Source of the DNA: Candidatus Dormiibacterota bacterium
GTDB lineage: Bacteria; Chloroflexota; Dormibacteria; Dormibacterales; Dormibacteraceae
Length of the DNA stretch: 49,063 nt
Assembly: GCA_035473835.1 (NCBI GenBank)
Contig: DATINX010000046.1
Location: 1 to 49,063 of the forward strand
Direction: 5' to 3'
In this document: positions 37,219 through 45,034 of the stretch, in pieces
Numbering within the stretch: the stretch's first letter is position 1
Layout of the letters: each line of letters begins with the position of its first letter
Translations under genes and position numbers: made by a program
The notes under the pieces: model-generated
Told to the model about the DNA's origin: nothing
Database searches by the model: none
Seen by the model: the letters and a program-made list of their open reading frames with translations, nothing else

Positions 37219-37690
37219 GGAGATCCCCGGCGGTCAGGGTCTCATCGAGCCGATCCGTATTGAGGTCACCGTTCGGCGCTCGATCGATGACGCCTTCTGG
37301 CACTTCACCAAACAAATGACGGCCTGGTGGCCGATGCAGCGTTTCACATTTGGCCCGGGCCGTTCGCACGAGGTGCTCATGGAGCCCTATGTCGGCGGAC
37401 GTTTCTACGAGCGGTACGAGGACGGCGACGAGTTCACTATCGGGGAGGTCCTTGCGTGGGAGCCGCCGCGTCGCGTCGTCTTCACCTGGCGCGGCCGTTG
37501 GGCCATGCCGACCGACGTCACGGTACGGTTCACGTCCGAAGACATGTCCGTGACGCGCGTGCAGGTCGAGCACGCGGGCTGGGAGCGGCTTGGTGATTCG
37601 GGCTTCGAACGGCGAAACCAGTACGCGAACGGCTGGCCGGCCGTGCTGGCAGCCTTTGCGGCATCGGACGGTCGAGCAGCCGGCCGCTAA
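37211..37690 (+). CDS. SRPBCC-superfamily protein (Aha1/activator of Hsp90 ATPase homolog-like domain)
   Basis: 159 aa from ATG 37211, with an 8-nt overlap with the arsR stop. Sequence IEVTVRRSIDDAFWHFT...WWP...GGRFYERYEDGDEFTIGEVLAWEPPRRVVFTW. Confidence 0.78.
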   Translation: MAEEIPGGQGLIEPIRIEVTVRRSIDDAFWHFTKQMTAWWPMQRFTFGPGRSHEVLMEPYVGGRFYERYEDGDEFTIGEVLAWEPPRRVVFTWRGRWAMPTDVTVRFTSEDMSVTRVQVEHAGWERLGDSGFERRNQYANGWPAVLAAFAASDGRAAGR

Positions 37691-37700
37691 CCCACCCGCC

Positions 37701-37720
37701 TATAAGAGGACGCGCGCGCG
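37701..37720 (+). repeat. Copy B of the recurring 20-nt motif
   Basis: TATAAGAGGACGCGCGCGCG, between convergent stops at 37690 (+) and 37734 (-). On the minus strand it can pair as GGAGGCGC...GCGCGTCC (one mismatch), followed by TCTTATA. Confidence 0.6.
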
Positions 37721-37733
37721 TAAGGCGCCTCCC

Positions 37734-38642
37734 TCAGTGAACCGGTTCGACCACCAGGCCTTGATCCCACCTGCCCAACCCGGCTCCCGCTGCGTAGGTG
37801 CTCTCACAAAACTGGAGGATCTCGGTTCGGGGCGACCTGCTCGTGCGGACGTCGTCATAAGGAAGCGCGAACTCGCCGAGCTGGCGGTTCCAGCCGGCTC
37901 CGGCCGGCTCGATTTTCTGCTCCTCGATTCCCTCAGGCTTCGGATAGGCGTACGAAAAAAATGCGGCTCGCGGAAAGCGTGCGCTTCCGGGCCAGAAACC
38001 CACGCAGACCTGCTCGGCATCGCCACCCAGCCGACCAATCAATCCGGCGCCCGGCGGCGGCTGTGCCGGACGTCCTGAGAACCTGCTGAGGGCAAGGTCG
38101 AAGGTGCCCCAGAAAAAGTGCACGGGAGTCGTTCTGCCCCGATACCGCGCCCGATGCTCCTTGAGCACGAGGTCGACCCGCGACAGCACGCGCCAGAAAC
38201 GATTGGCCCATTGCGGGTCGTATGTCTTGTGGACGGTGTCCTCCGCGAAGGGAATCGGATCGTCAACCTCATCTGGAATCGGTCGGAACCCGGCGGCGAT
38301 GCCGAGCGCGCCGAGGTTGGTCATGAAGTCGGCGTAGAAGTCCGCGACAGGTCGAGCTGTCAGCGCCAGGCGGCGGATGTCGCCCTCGATGGTTTCGATC
38401 AGAACGTGGTGGTCGATAAGATCGACGTCGATCTGGAATGTCACACCCGCCGTGGTCATCGGGGTGGTGGTCAATCCGCGCGAGGTCAGGTACAGAGGCA
38501 CGTTGGCCCATTGGGGTTCGAACGGGCTCAGCGACAACCGGACCTTACCCACGATTTGAAGCTTCATGTGGAGTGTGTCGAGCGTGTCCTTCCAGGCGTC
38601 GTAAGGCAGCTCGGGCCAGGCTTCCGGTCTGGCGCTGTTCAC
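37734..38642 (-). CDS. DUF5996-family protein
   Basis: 302 aa beginning WPELPYDAWKDTLDTLHMKLQIVGKVRLSLSPFEPQWANVPLYLTSRGLTT, a pattern I associate with DUF5996 (from memory, unverified). Confidence 0.6.
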   Translation of the reverse strand: MNSARPEAWPELPYDAWKDTLDTLHMKLQIVGKVRLSLSPFEPQWANVPLYLTSRGLTTTPMTTAGVTFQIDVDLIDHHVLIETIEGDIRRLALTARPVADFYADFMTNLGALGIAAGFRPIPDEVDDPIPFAEDTVHKTYDPQWANRFWRVLSRVDLVLKEHRARYRGRTTPVHFFWGTFDLALSRFSGRPAQPPPGAGLIGRLGGDAEQVCVGFWPGSARFPRAAFFSYAYPKPEGIEEQKIEPAGAGWNRQLGEFALPYDDVRTSRSPRTEILQFCESTYAAGAGLGRWDQGLVVEPVH

Positions 38643-38693
38643 GAGTTTCAGTGTAGGCGGCTGCCCGGATCGGCTTCCGCCGAGGGAGGAGCC

Positions 38694-38710
38694 GGGAGCG
38701 CTTCGCTCCC
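38694..38710 (-). terminator. Short GC hairpin downstream of the lactonase-like gene
   Basis: GGGAGCG-CTT-CGCTCCC, located 17 nt after the stop at 38727. There is no U-tract. Confidence 0.25.
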
Positions 38711-38726
38711 AGCTCCGTCATCAAAG

Positions 38727-39899
38727 CTAGGCGACGACGATTCCGAACGGAGTCGCGTTCGTGGGAAGCGCGAACGGAGGCGTGGAAAGCTCGCTCAGGC
38801 TGCCGCCGTCGACGGCGAAGGCCGTCACGGCTTTCAGCGCCGCGTCGACTACATAGAGGTGGCTGCCGGAAGGATCGAGCCGTGCGTCGAACGGCCGGAT
38901 TCCGCCACCGCTGCTGAAGGTCGCCGTGCTCCTGAGGGTCAGCGATCCGTCGGCGTGGATGCGGTAGCTGGAGATGCTGGTGCTGCCGGTGTTGACCGTG
39001 AAGAGATACCTGCCGTCGCGGGAGATCTCGACCCAGCATGGTGCGGTTTGGCCATCCGGATAGGGAGAGCCGCCGATCGAGCTGAGCACGCCATTCTTAG
39101 CGACCCGGAAGGCCGACACCGACCCATTGCCGCCTCCGCCGTGCGCATTCGAGACGTAGAGGTGCGATGGGTTCGTGGGAGAGAACTCGCTGCCGAACGG
39201 TCCCGGAGCCTGCGCCAAGAAGGGCGATCCCGGGGCCTGCGTGAGCAGCCCGTCGTGGCCGACGACGAAACTGTCGATGCGGAATGTGCTGGCGACCGTC
39301 GTACCCACCTCGACGCCGACGACCTTGTTTCCGGTGGAGTTGAAGAGGATGTCTCCAGGGTTCGCGGTGTTGGGGAGCGTGAAGGTGGAACCGCTGATCG
39401 GGGTCAGGCGCCCGCCGCCGCTGAGCCTGAATCCCGTGTAGTTGCTGCCTGTGACGCCGTTGCCCTCGTTGGCTACGTAGACGAGACCTTCGTGGACAGC
39501 GATGCTGACGGGCTCGATCCCGCCTGACGAGACAGGGCTGCCTTCAACCTGACGGAGCGACCCATCGTCGCGTATGCGCAGCACCGAGATCTGACTGCTG
39601 CCCGCGTCAACGGCAAGCAGGTAGCGTCCATCGCCCGTCACCTGAAGAGCGCCCTGAGAGCCGATGATGGTGCCGGTCCCAGCCCCACCGGCGGCGAACG
39701 GCGAGCCCGCCGACGGCGTCAGTGAGCCGTCCGCATGGCGGTTGAAGGCGGCGATGGTGTTCGTGCCGGCTGTGTTGTCGTTGACGTAGACGTGCAAGAC
39801 GTCGTCTGATGCGAGTGCGGGACTTGAAACGCTGAGCGCTGCCGCAGCGGCCAGTGCCGCCATGCCCGCCGAAGCCACGATCCGTTTACGCAAATGCAT
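38727..39899 (-). CDS. Secreted beta-propeller protein (lactonase / 6-phosphogluconolactonase-like 7-bladed propeller)
   Basis: Start at ATG 39899 with AGGAGG 7 nt upstream. Signal peptide MHLRKRIVASAGMAALAAAAALSVSSPALA. Repeated ...DGSL...G.P..... / Y.YV.N blades follow. The ORF-track N-terminal extension to 40148 is rejected. Confidence 0.75.
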   Translation of the reverse strand: MHLRKRIVASAGMAALAAAAALSVSSPALASDDVLHVYVNDNTAGTNTIAAFNRHADGSLTPSAGSPFAAGGAGTGTIIGSQGALQVTGDGRYLLAVDAGSSQISVLRIRDDGSLRQVEGSPVSSGGIEPVSIAVHEGLVYVANEGNGVTGSNYTGFRLSGGGRLTPISGSTFTLPNTANPGDILFNSTGNKVVGVEVGTTVASTFRIDSFVVGHDGLLTQAPGSPFLAQAPGPFGSEFSPTNPSHLYVSNAHGGGGNGSVSAFRVAKNGVLSSIGGSPYPDGQTAPCWVEISRDGRYLFTVNTGSTSISSYRIHADGSLTLRSTATFSSGGGIRPFDARLDPSGSHLYVVDAALKAVTAFAVDGGSLSELSTPPFALPTNATPFGIVVA

Positions 39900-40164
39900 A
39901 TCCACGACCTCCTGGTCCTGTAGCTGGTATCGGCGCGCGCCGTGCCCGTACAGTCCATCGGCGAGGCCAAACGTTACAGCCGGCCCTGTCGCGGCCTCAG
40001 AAAGCCTGCACCCGTCCGAGTAACTGGTTGCGCGCGCAAGTAGTTGTGGCTGGACCTTTGGAGGAGGCTGGAGTTCTGAGCATCGCTCAGCCAACCGAGT
40101 ACACACGGAGTCGATGACGAAAACACGGCAGAGCCACAAATACATCAAATCTTCTTGATATGAT

Positions 40165-40926
40165 TTGCGGGTGGGCGCGTTCGGGCTTCTTCAGGTGCTC
40201 GGGCATCGGCTCCGCTGGCAGGTGGTCAGCGAACTATCCAGATCCGACCTCAGGGTGGGCGAGCTGACTGCCGCTACCGGCCAACCCCAGAACCTGGTCT
40301 CGTATCACCTGCGTCTGTTGCGAGAGACCGGTCTCGTGCATGAAAGGCGTGGCTCGGCCGATGGGCGCGACGTTTACTACTCCCTCGATCGGCGCGCAGT
40401 CACGATGGGCCTTCATCGAGCTATCGCCGCCCTCGATCCTGGTGCCGGCATGGTGGCCCCCGCCGCGCCTTTTCGCGGTACGCGCTCCAGTACCTCGACG
40501 ACGTCGGTCCTCTTCCTTTGCACCGGCAACAGCGCACGTTCGCAGATCGCGGAGGCGATCCTGCGGCAATTGGCCGGACAACGCGTATTGGTTCGGAGCG
40601 CGGGCACGCATCCAGTCGGGGTCCACCGGCAGGTTCGCCGCGTTCTCGCTGCGCGCGGAATCCGTGCCGGCACGCTGCGATCCAAGTCTTTCGCGGAGTT
40701 TTCCGGCCAGCGGTTCGACTACGTCGTGACCCTGTGCGATATCGCCCGTGATGAACTGATCCGGCCGGCGGGCAAACCTCAGACCAGGCATTGGAGCATC
40801 GCCGACCCGGCTGTTCGAGGCGGTCGGACCAGGGTGGCTACGGCATTCGAGCGAGTCACAGATGAGATCCAATTGCGAGTCGAGGACCTCTACGCCGACC
40901 TGCTCCACCGCAGGTCAGCTGCCTGA
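40165..40926 (+). CDS. Fusion protein: ArsR-type winged HTH + low-molecular-weight phosphotyrosine phosphatase/ArsC domain
   Basis: N-terminal HTH RVGELTAATGQPQNLVSYHLRLLRETGLVHERR, with no Cys in the first ~115 aa. After a Ser/Thr linker comes VLFLCTGNSARSQIAE (CX5R-S P-loop), then TLCD and IADP. Start candidates are TTG 40165, GTG 40171 and GTG 40195. Confidence 0.8.
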   Translation: MRVGAFGLLQVLGHRLRWQVVSELSRSDLRVGELTAATGQPQNLVSYHLRLLRETGLVHERRGSADGRDVYYSLDRRAVTMGLHRAIAALDPGAGMVAPAAPFRGTRSSTSTTSVLFLCTGNSARSQIAEAILRQLAGQRVLVRSAGTHPVGVHRQVRRVLAARGIRAGTLRSKSFAEFSGQRFDYVVTLCDIARDELIRPAGKPQTRHWSIADPAVRGGRTRVATAFERVTDEIQLRVEDLYADLLHRRSAA

Positions 40927-40943
40927 GGGTTGGATGTGAGCAC

Positions 40944-41579
40944 ATGAGCCACGTTTACGATCCGGTCACCTTGCGTCACGTCGAGCGAGGCGTTCTGGAG
41001 CTCAAGGAGCAGTTCCGCGGCATATTCTCCGAAGCGACCGTCGACCGATTCGTCAGGGAGTCTCTCGAGTCCCTCTCGGGCTCGAAAGCTCCGCAGTTCA
41101 TACCGATCTTCGTCAACCGCTTTGCGCGCGAACGCCTGCGCGCCCTGGCTCAGTCAGAGGGCACCCTCCATAAGGACGTTCCCGAGGTTCTGTTCGTCTG
41201 CGTTCACAACGCCGGCCGGAGTCAGATGGCGGCCGGGCTGCTCAACAAGCGAGGCGGAGGGCGGGTTCATGTGCGCTCGGCGGGCAGCACCCCCGCGAAT
41301 GAGCTCAACCCACGCGTGGTCGACGCAATGCGGGAGGTCGGCATCGACATCACCCAGGAGTTCCCCAAGCCCCTCACGGACGAGTTCGTCAAAGCTGCCG
41401 ACGTGGTGATCACGATGGGCTGCGGAGATGCATGTCCGATCTACCCGGGCAAGCGCTACGAGGACTGGGAGCTGGCTGACCCGGCCGGCCAGGACATCCA
41501 GGCCGTTCGGCAGATTCGCGACGAGATCGACGCCCGGGTGCAGGCCTTGCTGAACGAACTGGCGGCCAAGCACAACTGA
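40944..41579 (+). CDS. LMW-PTP/ArsC-family arsenate-reductase-like protein with an ~80-aa N-terminal extension
   Basis: VLFVCVHNAGRSQMAAG (P-loop), VVITMGCGDACP, and ELADPAG. The first ~80 aa are helical-looking and not part of the phosphatase fold. Confidence 0.8.
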   Translation: MSHVYDPVTLRHVERGVLELKEQFRGIFSEATVDRFVRESLESLSGSKAPQFIPIFVNRFARERLRALAQSEGTLHKDVPEVLFVCVHNAGRSQMAAGLLNKRGGGRVHVRSAGSTPANELNPRVVDAMREVGIDITQEFPKPLTDEFVKAADVVITMGCGDACPIYPGKRYEDWELADPAGQDIQAVRQIRDEIDARVQALLNELAAKHN

Positions 41580-41622
41580 TCTGAAAAACCGCGCGCGACG
41601 GCCGAATTGGCCTACCGGGCTG

Positions 41623-42021
41623 TCAGGCTGCGAGCCAGTCCAGGGCCTCCCGGCGGCGGGCGAAGTAGCCGGTGGGAAATCTAGCTGGGCCCTCGGGCAC
41701 CGGCGGCTGGCCGATCATCGGCATTCCTTCTGGCATCTGGAAGGCGAACTTCGCGACGCCCGCCGCGTTGTAGCGCGGAATGATATTCGCGTCACGCCAT
41801 GGCCCATCCATGTTGGCCGGGCTCATCCGGAAGGTCGTGCTGTCGATCAGCACCCGATGCCGCCCGCACCTCTCGACGCACTCTGCAAACTTCGAGAGCC
41901 AGACCTGAAAGTCATGTGCGGTCATGTCGGCGGTCGTGTCGAACCAGCGCAGCTCGATCAAGTCGGCGGAAGGGCGATCGAAAACCTCGCCCCAACGATC
42001 CTCGAATACCTGCTCGGTCAT
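41623..42021 (-). CDS. Hypothetical protein (possibly SpoIIAA/STAS-like), coupled to the ArsR-SRPBCC fusion gene
   Basis: 132 aa. ATGA overlap at 42018-42021. No secure motif. Confidence 0.55.
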   Translation of the reverse strand: MTEQVFEDRWGEVFDRPSADLIELRWFDTTADMTAHDFQVWLSKFAECVERCGRHRVLIDSTTFRMSPANMDGPWRDANIIPRYNAAGVAKFAFQMPEGMPMIGQPPVPEGPARFPTGYFARRREALDWLAA

Positions 42022-42839
42022 CTGCGTGCCTCCTTATCCGGTGCGTCCGGTGCAATCCCCAGCCTGATGCCCTTCTCGACGAGAGTTTTGAGGCGCCGAC
42101 CGACCAGCTCGGTCCAGCCCTCTTTGAAGCGATCGATGAGCTCGGGTTCGATAGCGCCGAACGCGCGGAAGCTGAACTGCAAGCTGGTAACCTCATCGCG
42201 ATCGCTCAGGTCGAACGTGGCGACTCCCACTGCAACCCCGAGATGAAACGGCCCGGTCAGCTGCAGGTAGCGATCGTCTGACCAGCCCGTGACCGTCGCC
42301 AGAACTGCCCCGCCGCCCGGCCAGGACTCGACCACAAGACCACCAAGGCGCCGCTCCAACGTGAGTGCCGTGGCGTCAGCCCGCAAGTAAGGGTGCCCCC
42401 ACCAGCCGGCCGGGTCCTTGGTCAGGGCGGCGAAGACATCACTCCGAGCAGCGGCGATCGACACTTCCATCGCCACGTCTACGGCAAGTGGATTGGCGCT
42501 CATGTGGTGACCCCGGCCTTCGACGCGCCGTCCAAGGCGGAGGAGGCCCGAAGCCCAACCAGCCGCATATGTGTTGACCCACCGCTCGTACATCTTTTGC
42601 AGCGGCACCGCGTCCAGGTAGTGCCAGCGCTCGCGCCCGTGCTTACGGCTGATGACCAGGCCGGCTGCCGACAGGACCTGCAGGTGTCGCATGACCGCAA
42701 TCCGGGAGATCTCGAAATGCGAAGCGATGTCGCCGGTGGTGCGAGGGCTCTCGCGCAGCAGGTCGAGGACTCGGCGCCGGGTGGGATCGGAAAGCGCAGA
42801 CCAGACGGGTCCGCCGTCCTTCCCTCGTTCAGCTGCCAC
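42018..42839 (-). CDS. Fusion protein: ArsR-type HTH + SRPBCC/Aha1-like domain
   Basis: SALSDPTRRRVLDLLRESPRTTGDIASHFEISRIAVMRHLQVLSAAGLV is followed by VSIAAARSDVFAALTKDPAGWWGHPY...TGPFHLG. Start set to GTG 42839, so that the palindrome at 42860-42879 is intergenic. The ORF-track start is GTG 42899. Confidence 0.78.
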   Translation of the reverse strand: MAAERGKDGGPVWSALSDPTRRRVLDLLRESPRTTGDIASHFEISRIAVMRHLQVLSAAGLVISRKHGRERWHYLDAVPLQKMYERWVNTYAAGWASGLLRLGRRVEGRGHHMSANPLAVDVAMEVSIAAARSDVFAALTKDPAGWWGHPYLRADATALTLERRLGGLVVESWPGGGAVLATVTGWSDDRYLQLTGPFHLGVAVGVATFDLSDRDEVTSLQFSFRAFGAIEPELIDRFKEGWTELVGRRLKTLVEKGIRLGIAPDAPDKEARR

Positions 42840-42859
42840 ATCGCCCGCATCCCTCGGAC

Positions 42860-42879
42860 ATGTAATGCTAGTATTACAT
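42860..42879. promoter_or_regulatory. Candidate ArsR operator palindrome ATGTAAT-GCTAGT-ATTACAT
   Basis: Perfect 7-bp arms in a locally AT-rich island between the divergent ArsR-SRPBCC gene and the 42912 gene (AGGAGG at 42902-42907). Confidence 0.5.
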
Positions 42880-42911
42880 ATTGAGACGGTCTTCGCCACT
42901 CAGGAGGTCGA

Positions 42912-43217
42912 ATGAAGAGCCTGATCCGATACAAGACAAAGCGCGGCAGCGCGAACGAGAACCAAAGGCTGATCGAAAACGTCTACGCCGAGCTTGCCGA
43001 TCGAGGACCTGACGGCGTGCGCTACATGACGGTTCGCCTGGAGGACGGGGTCACGTTCATCCACATCTTCATGGCCGCGCCAGATGCGGGGCCAAATCCG
43101 ATGGGACGCGTCGCCGCCTTCGCCGAGTTCCAGCGCGAGCTCCCGGAACGCTGCGAGGAGGGTCCCGTCGCTCAGGCCTTCACAGTCGTGGGCTCACACC
43201 GGTTCTTGTCGGACTGA
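42912..43217 (+). CDS. Small alpha+beta protein (ABM/dimeric-ferredoxin-like; hypothetical)
   Basis: 101 aa with a strong SD. The family call is tentative and rests only on size and the beta-alpha-beta pattern. Confidence 0.5.
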   Translation: MKSLIRYKTKRGSANENQRLIENVYAELADRGPDGVRYMTVRLEDGVTFIHIFMAAPDAGPNPMGRVAAFAEFQRELPERCEEGPVAQAFTVVGSHRFLSD

Positions 43218-43227
43218 CCACCTGCGT

Positions 43228-43647
43228 CTACGGCGACTCTGCTTTCGCGGCGAGGTTGCTGAGGAGCAGCCCGAAGTCCTTGGATACCTGCGGGCCGAGG
43301 ATGCCGCTAAGGAGCGGACCCAGCGGCCCCTTCACCTCCACGCTCTGACCGATCCTGGTCTTCTGGCCGGTGGGTTGGATCTGGCAGTTGAAACGAAACC
43401 TGGTCCCCGGCACAACACTGGTCTCGAGCGCGAAGCCGTATCCCGGCACGACATCGTGAAGCGCCATTTTGTGGTGCTGGCCGGCGCGGGTGTTCATGAC
43501 GCCGGTCGTGCCGGACGCGAAAGGACCCCGCCATTCCATCGTCGACACGTTCGGGTTCCAGTCGCCCCACGTCGACATGTCCGACCAGATCTTCCAGACA
43601 CTGTCAGCAGGCGCCGTCGTCTCCACCGAAGTCCCGTATTCAGCCAT
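43228..43647 (-). CDS. SRPBCC-family protein (polyketide cyclase/dehydrase-like)
   Basis: 139 aa from ATG 43647: MAEYGTSVETTAPADSVWKIWSDMSTWGDWNPNV.... Confidence 0.75.
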   Translation of the reverse strand: MAEYGTSVETTAPADSVWKIWSDMSTWGDWNPNVSTMEWRGPFASGTTGVMNTRAGQHHKMALHDVVPGYGFALETSVVPGTRFRFNCQIQPTGQKTRIGQSVEVKGPLGPLLSGILGPQVSKDFGLLLSNLAAKAESP

Positions 43648-43771
43648 GCTGCCCCCCTTTTTCGCCGGCCCCCCACCGGCCTCTCTCACATGACGAACGG
43701 CCAAGGCGGAATTCGACAGTCGGGCGCTCGCGGCGAACAACCGACCCAGGTGTCTGTGTGTACTCCGATTT

Positions 43772-45007
43772 GTGGCATCGACGACGTTTCGGCCCGCCTA
43801 CCACCGTTCCGGCCAACGAGCCGCAGGGATCGGGCTCAAGCTGGCCGTCGCCCTTTTCGTGGTCTGCGCCACCGTGTATGCGCGGGGGACGCCATTCGGC
43901 CAGGCGCCGGATGAGAGATCCCATTTTGCGTACGTCCAGCTAATCGCTCAGCACCTGCAGCTTCCTGTGACCACGGCCGAACGCCAGCAGCCGCCGCTGT
44001 ACTACCTGATCGGAGCGGTGCTCTACAAGCTGACGGGCAGCATCGGGGTGCTGCAAGGGCTGTCCATCGCGTGCGGAGCGGCGACGGTCCTGGTCATTGG
44101 ATTGTGCGCGCGTGAGCTGTGGCCTTCGCACCCGAATCGATGGGTGCTGGCTGCACTTCTGGCTGCTGCGCTGCCGCAGTTCCAGTTCATATCCGCCTCC
44201 GTTAGCAACGACGCCATTTCAGTGCTCGCGGCCGCGGTCATGACGCTGTTGATGATTCGCATCATCGTCCGGCCGCCCGACGTCCGCCTGCCATGGGCGA
44301 TCGGCGTCGGATTTGCGGCCGTCTTGCTGGCCAAGGAGACCGTGTACTTCATGTTGCTCGTAACAGTTGTGATGCTCATCAAGTTCTGGCCCCGGCGGCA
44401 TTGGATGCCGGCCCTGTTGCCGATCATCGCCCTCCCCGCGCTCCTGGCCGGCTGGTGGTTTCTGCGCAACCTGAATACGTTCGGCAGCCTTTTGCCTCCC
44501 CTCACGCCGCTGTACACCGATTCTCCCCTGAAGCTCACCGACCTTTCCCTTGCGCACGGCTGGTGGAGTCTCACGTTCAGGAGCTTTTTCGCGGTCTTCG
44601 GGAATATGAGCACTCAGCTGGAGCCGAACGGAAACCAGATGGTCTACAGGCTGCTGCAGGCCGGCACGGCTCTCGTCGTGGTGGCGGGGTTGATGGCTGC
44701 AGCACACCGCTGGAGGTCCTGGTCCGCGCGCGCCCGGTGGGTGGCGAGCGCATGCGTCGTCGTGCCGCTGATCGCCATCATCCAGATGGCCGTCAGCAGC
44801 ATCTCCGTGGACTACCAGGCGCAGGGACGATATCTGTTCGTCGCCCTTCCCCTGCTTGCGCTCGGAACTGTGTTCGCGGTCAGCGGCATGGCGAGGCGAC
44901 TACCGCGCTGGGGTGGCGCGGGAGCGGGGACTGTACTCCTGATGACCAGCCTTGCCCTGGATGGGCTGGGTCTGTACACAACCTGGTTCAACCTTGTCTT
45001 GACCTGA
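43772..45007 (+). CDS. GT-C-fold membrane glycosyltransferase (ArnT/PMT, GT39-like)
   Basis: 411 aa, polytopic. The first extracytoplasmic loop carries PDERSHFAYV (a DE-type motif) followed by PPLYYL. GTG start. Confidence 0.65.
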   Translation: MASTTFRPAYHRSGQRAAGIGLKLAVALFVVCATVYARGTPFGQAPDERSHFAYVQLIAQHLQLPVTTAERQQPPLYYLIGAVLYKLTGSIGVLQGLSIACGAATVLVIGLCARELWPSHPNRWVLAALLAAALPQFQFISASVSNDAISVLAAAVMTLLMIRIIVRPPDVRLPWAIGVGFAAVLLAKETVYFMLLVTVVMLIKFWPRRHWMPALLPIIALPALLAGWWFLRNLNTFGSLLPPLTPLYTDSPLKLTDLSLAHGWWSLTFRSFFAVFGNMSTQLEPNGNQMVYRLLQAGTALVVVAGLMAAAHRWRSWSARARWVASACVVVPLIAIIQMAVSSISVDYQAQGRYLFVALPLLALGTVFAVSGMARRLPRWGGAGAGTVLLMTSLALDGLGLYTTWFNLVLT

Positions 45008-45034
45008 TCCAGAACGGCCGCCAGGGCGCAGAGA

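Noticed and set aside
40165-41579. Annotating the two LMW-PTP/ArsC-like genes as a standard arsenic-resistance (ars) operon.
   Set aside because: No arsenite efflux gene (arsB/acr3) or other ars genes are in the window. The ArsR domain also has no cysteines for As(III) sensing. I kept the genes as family-level calls only.
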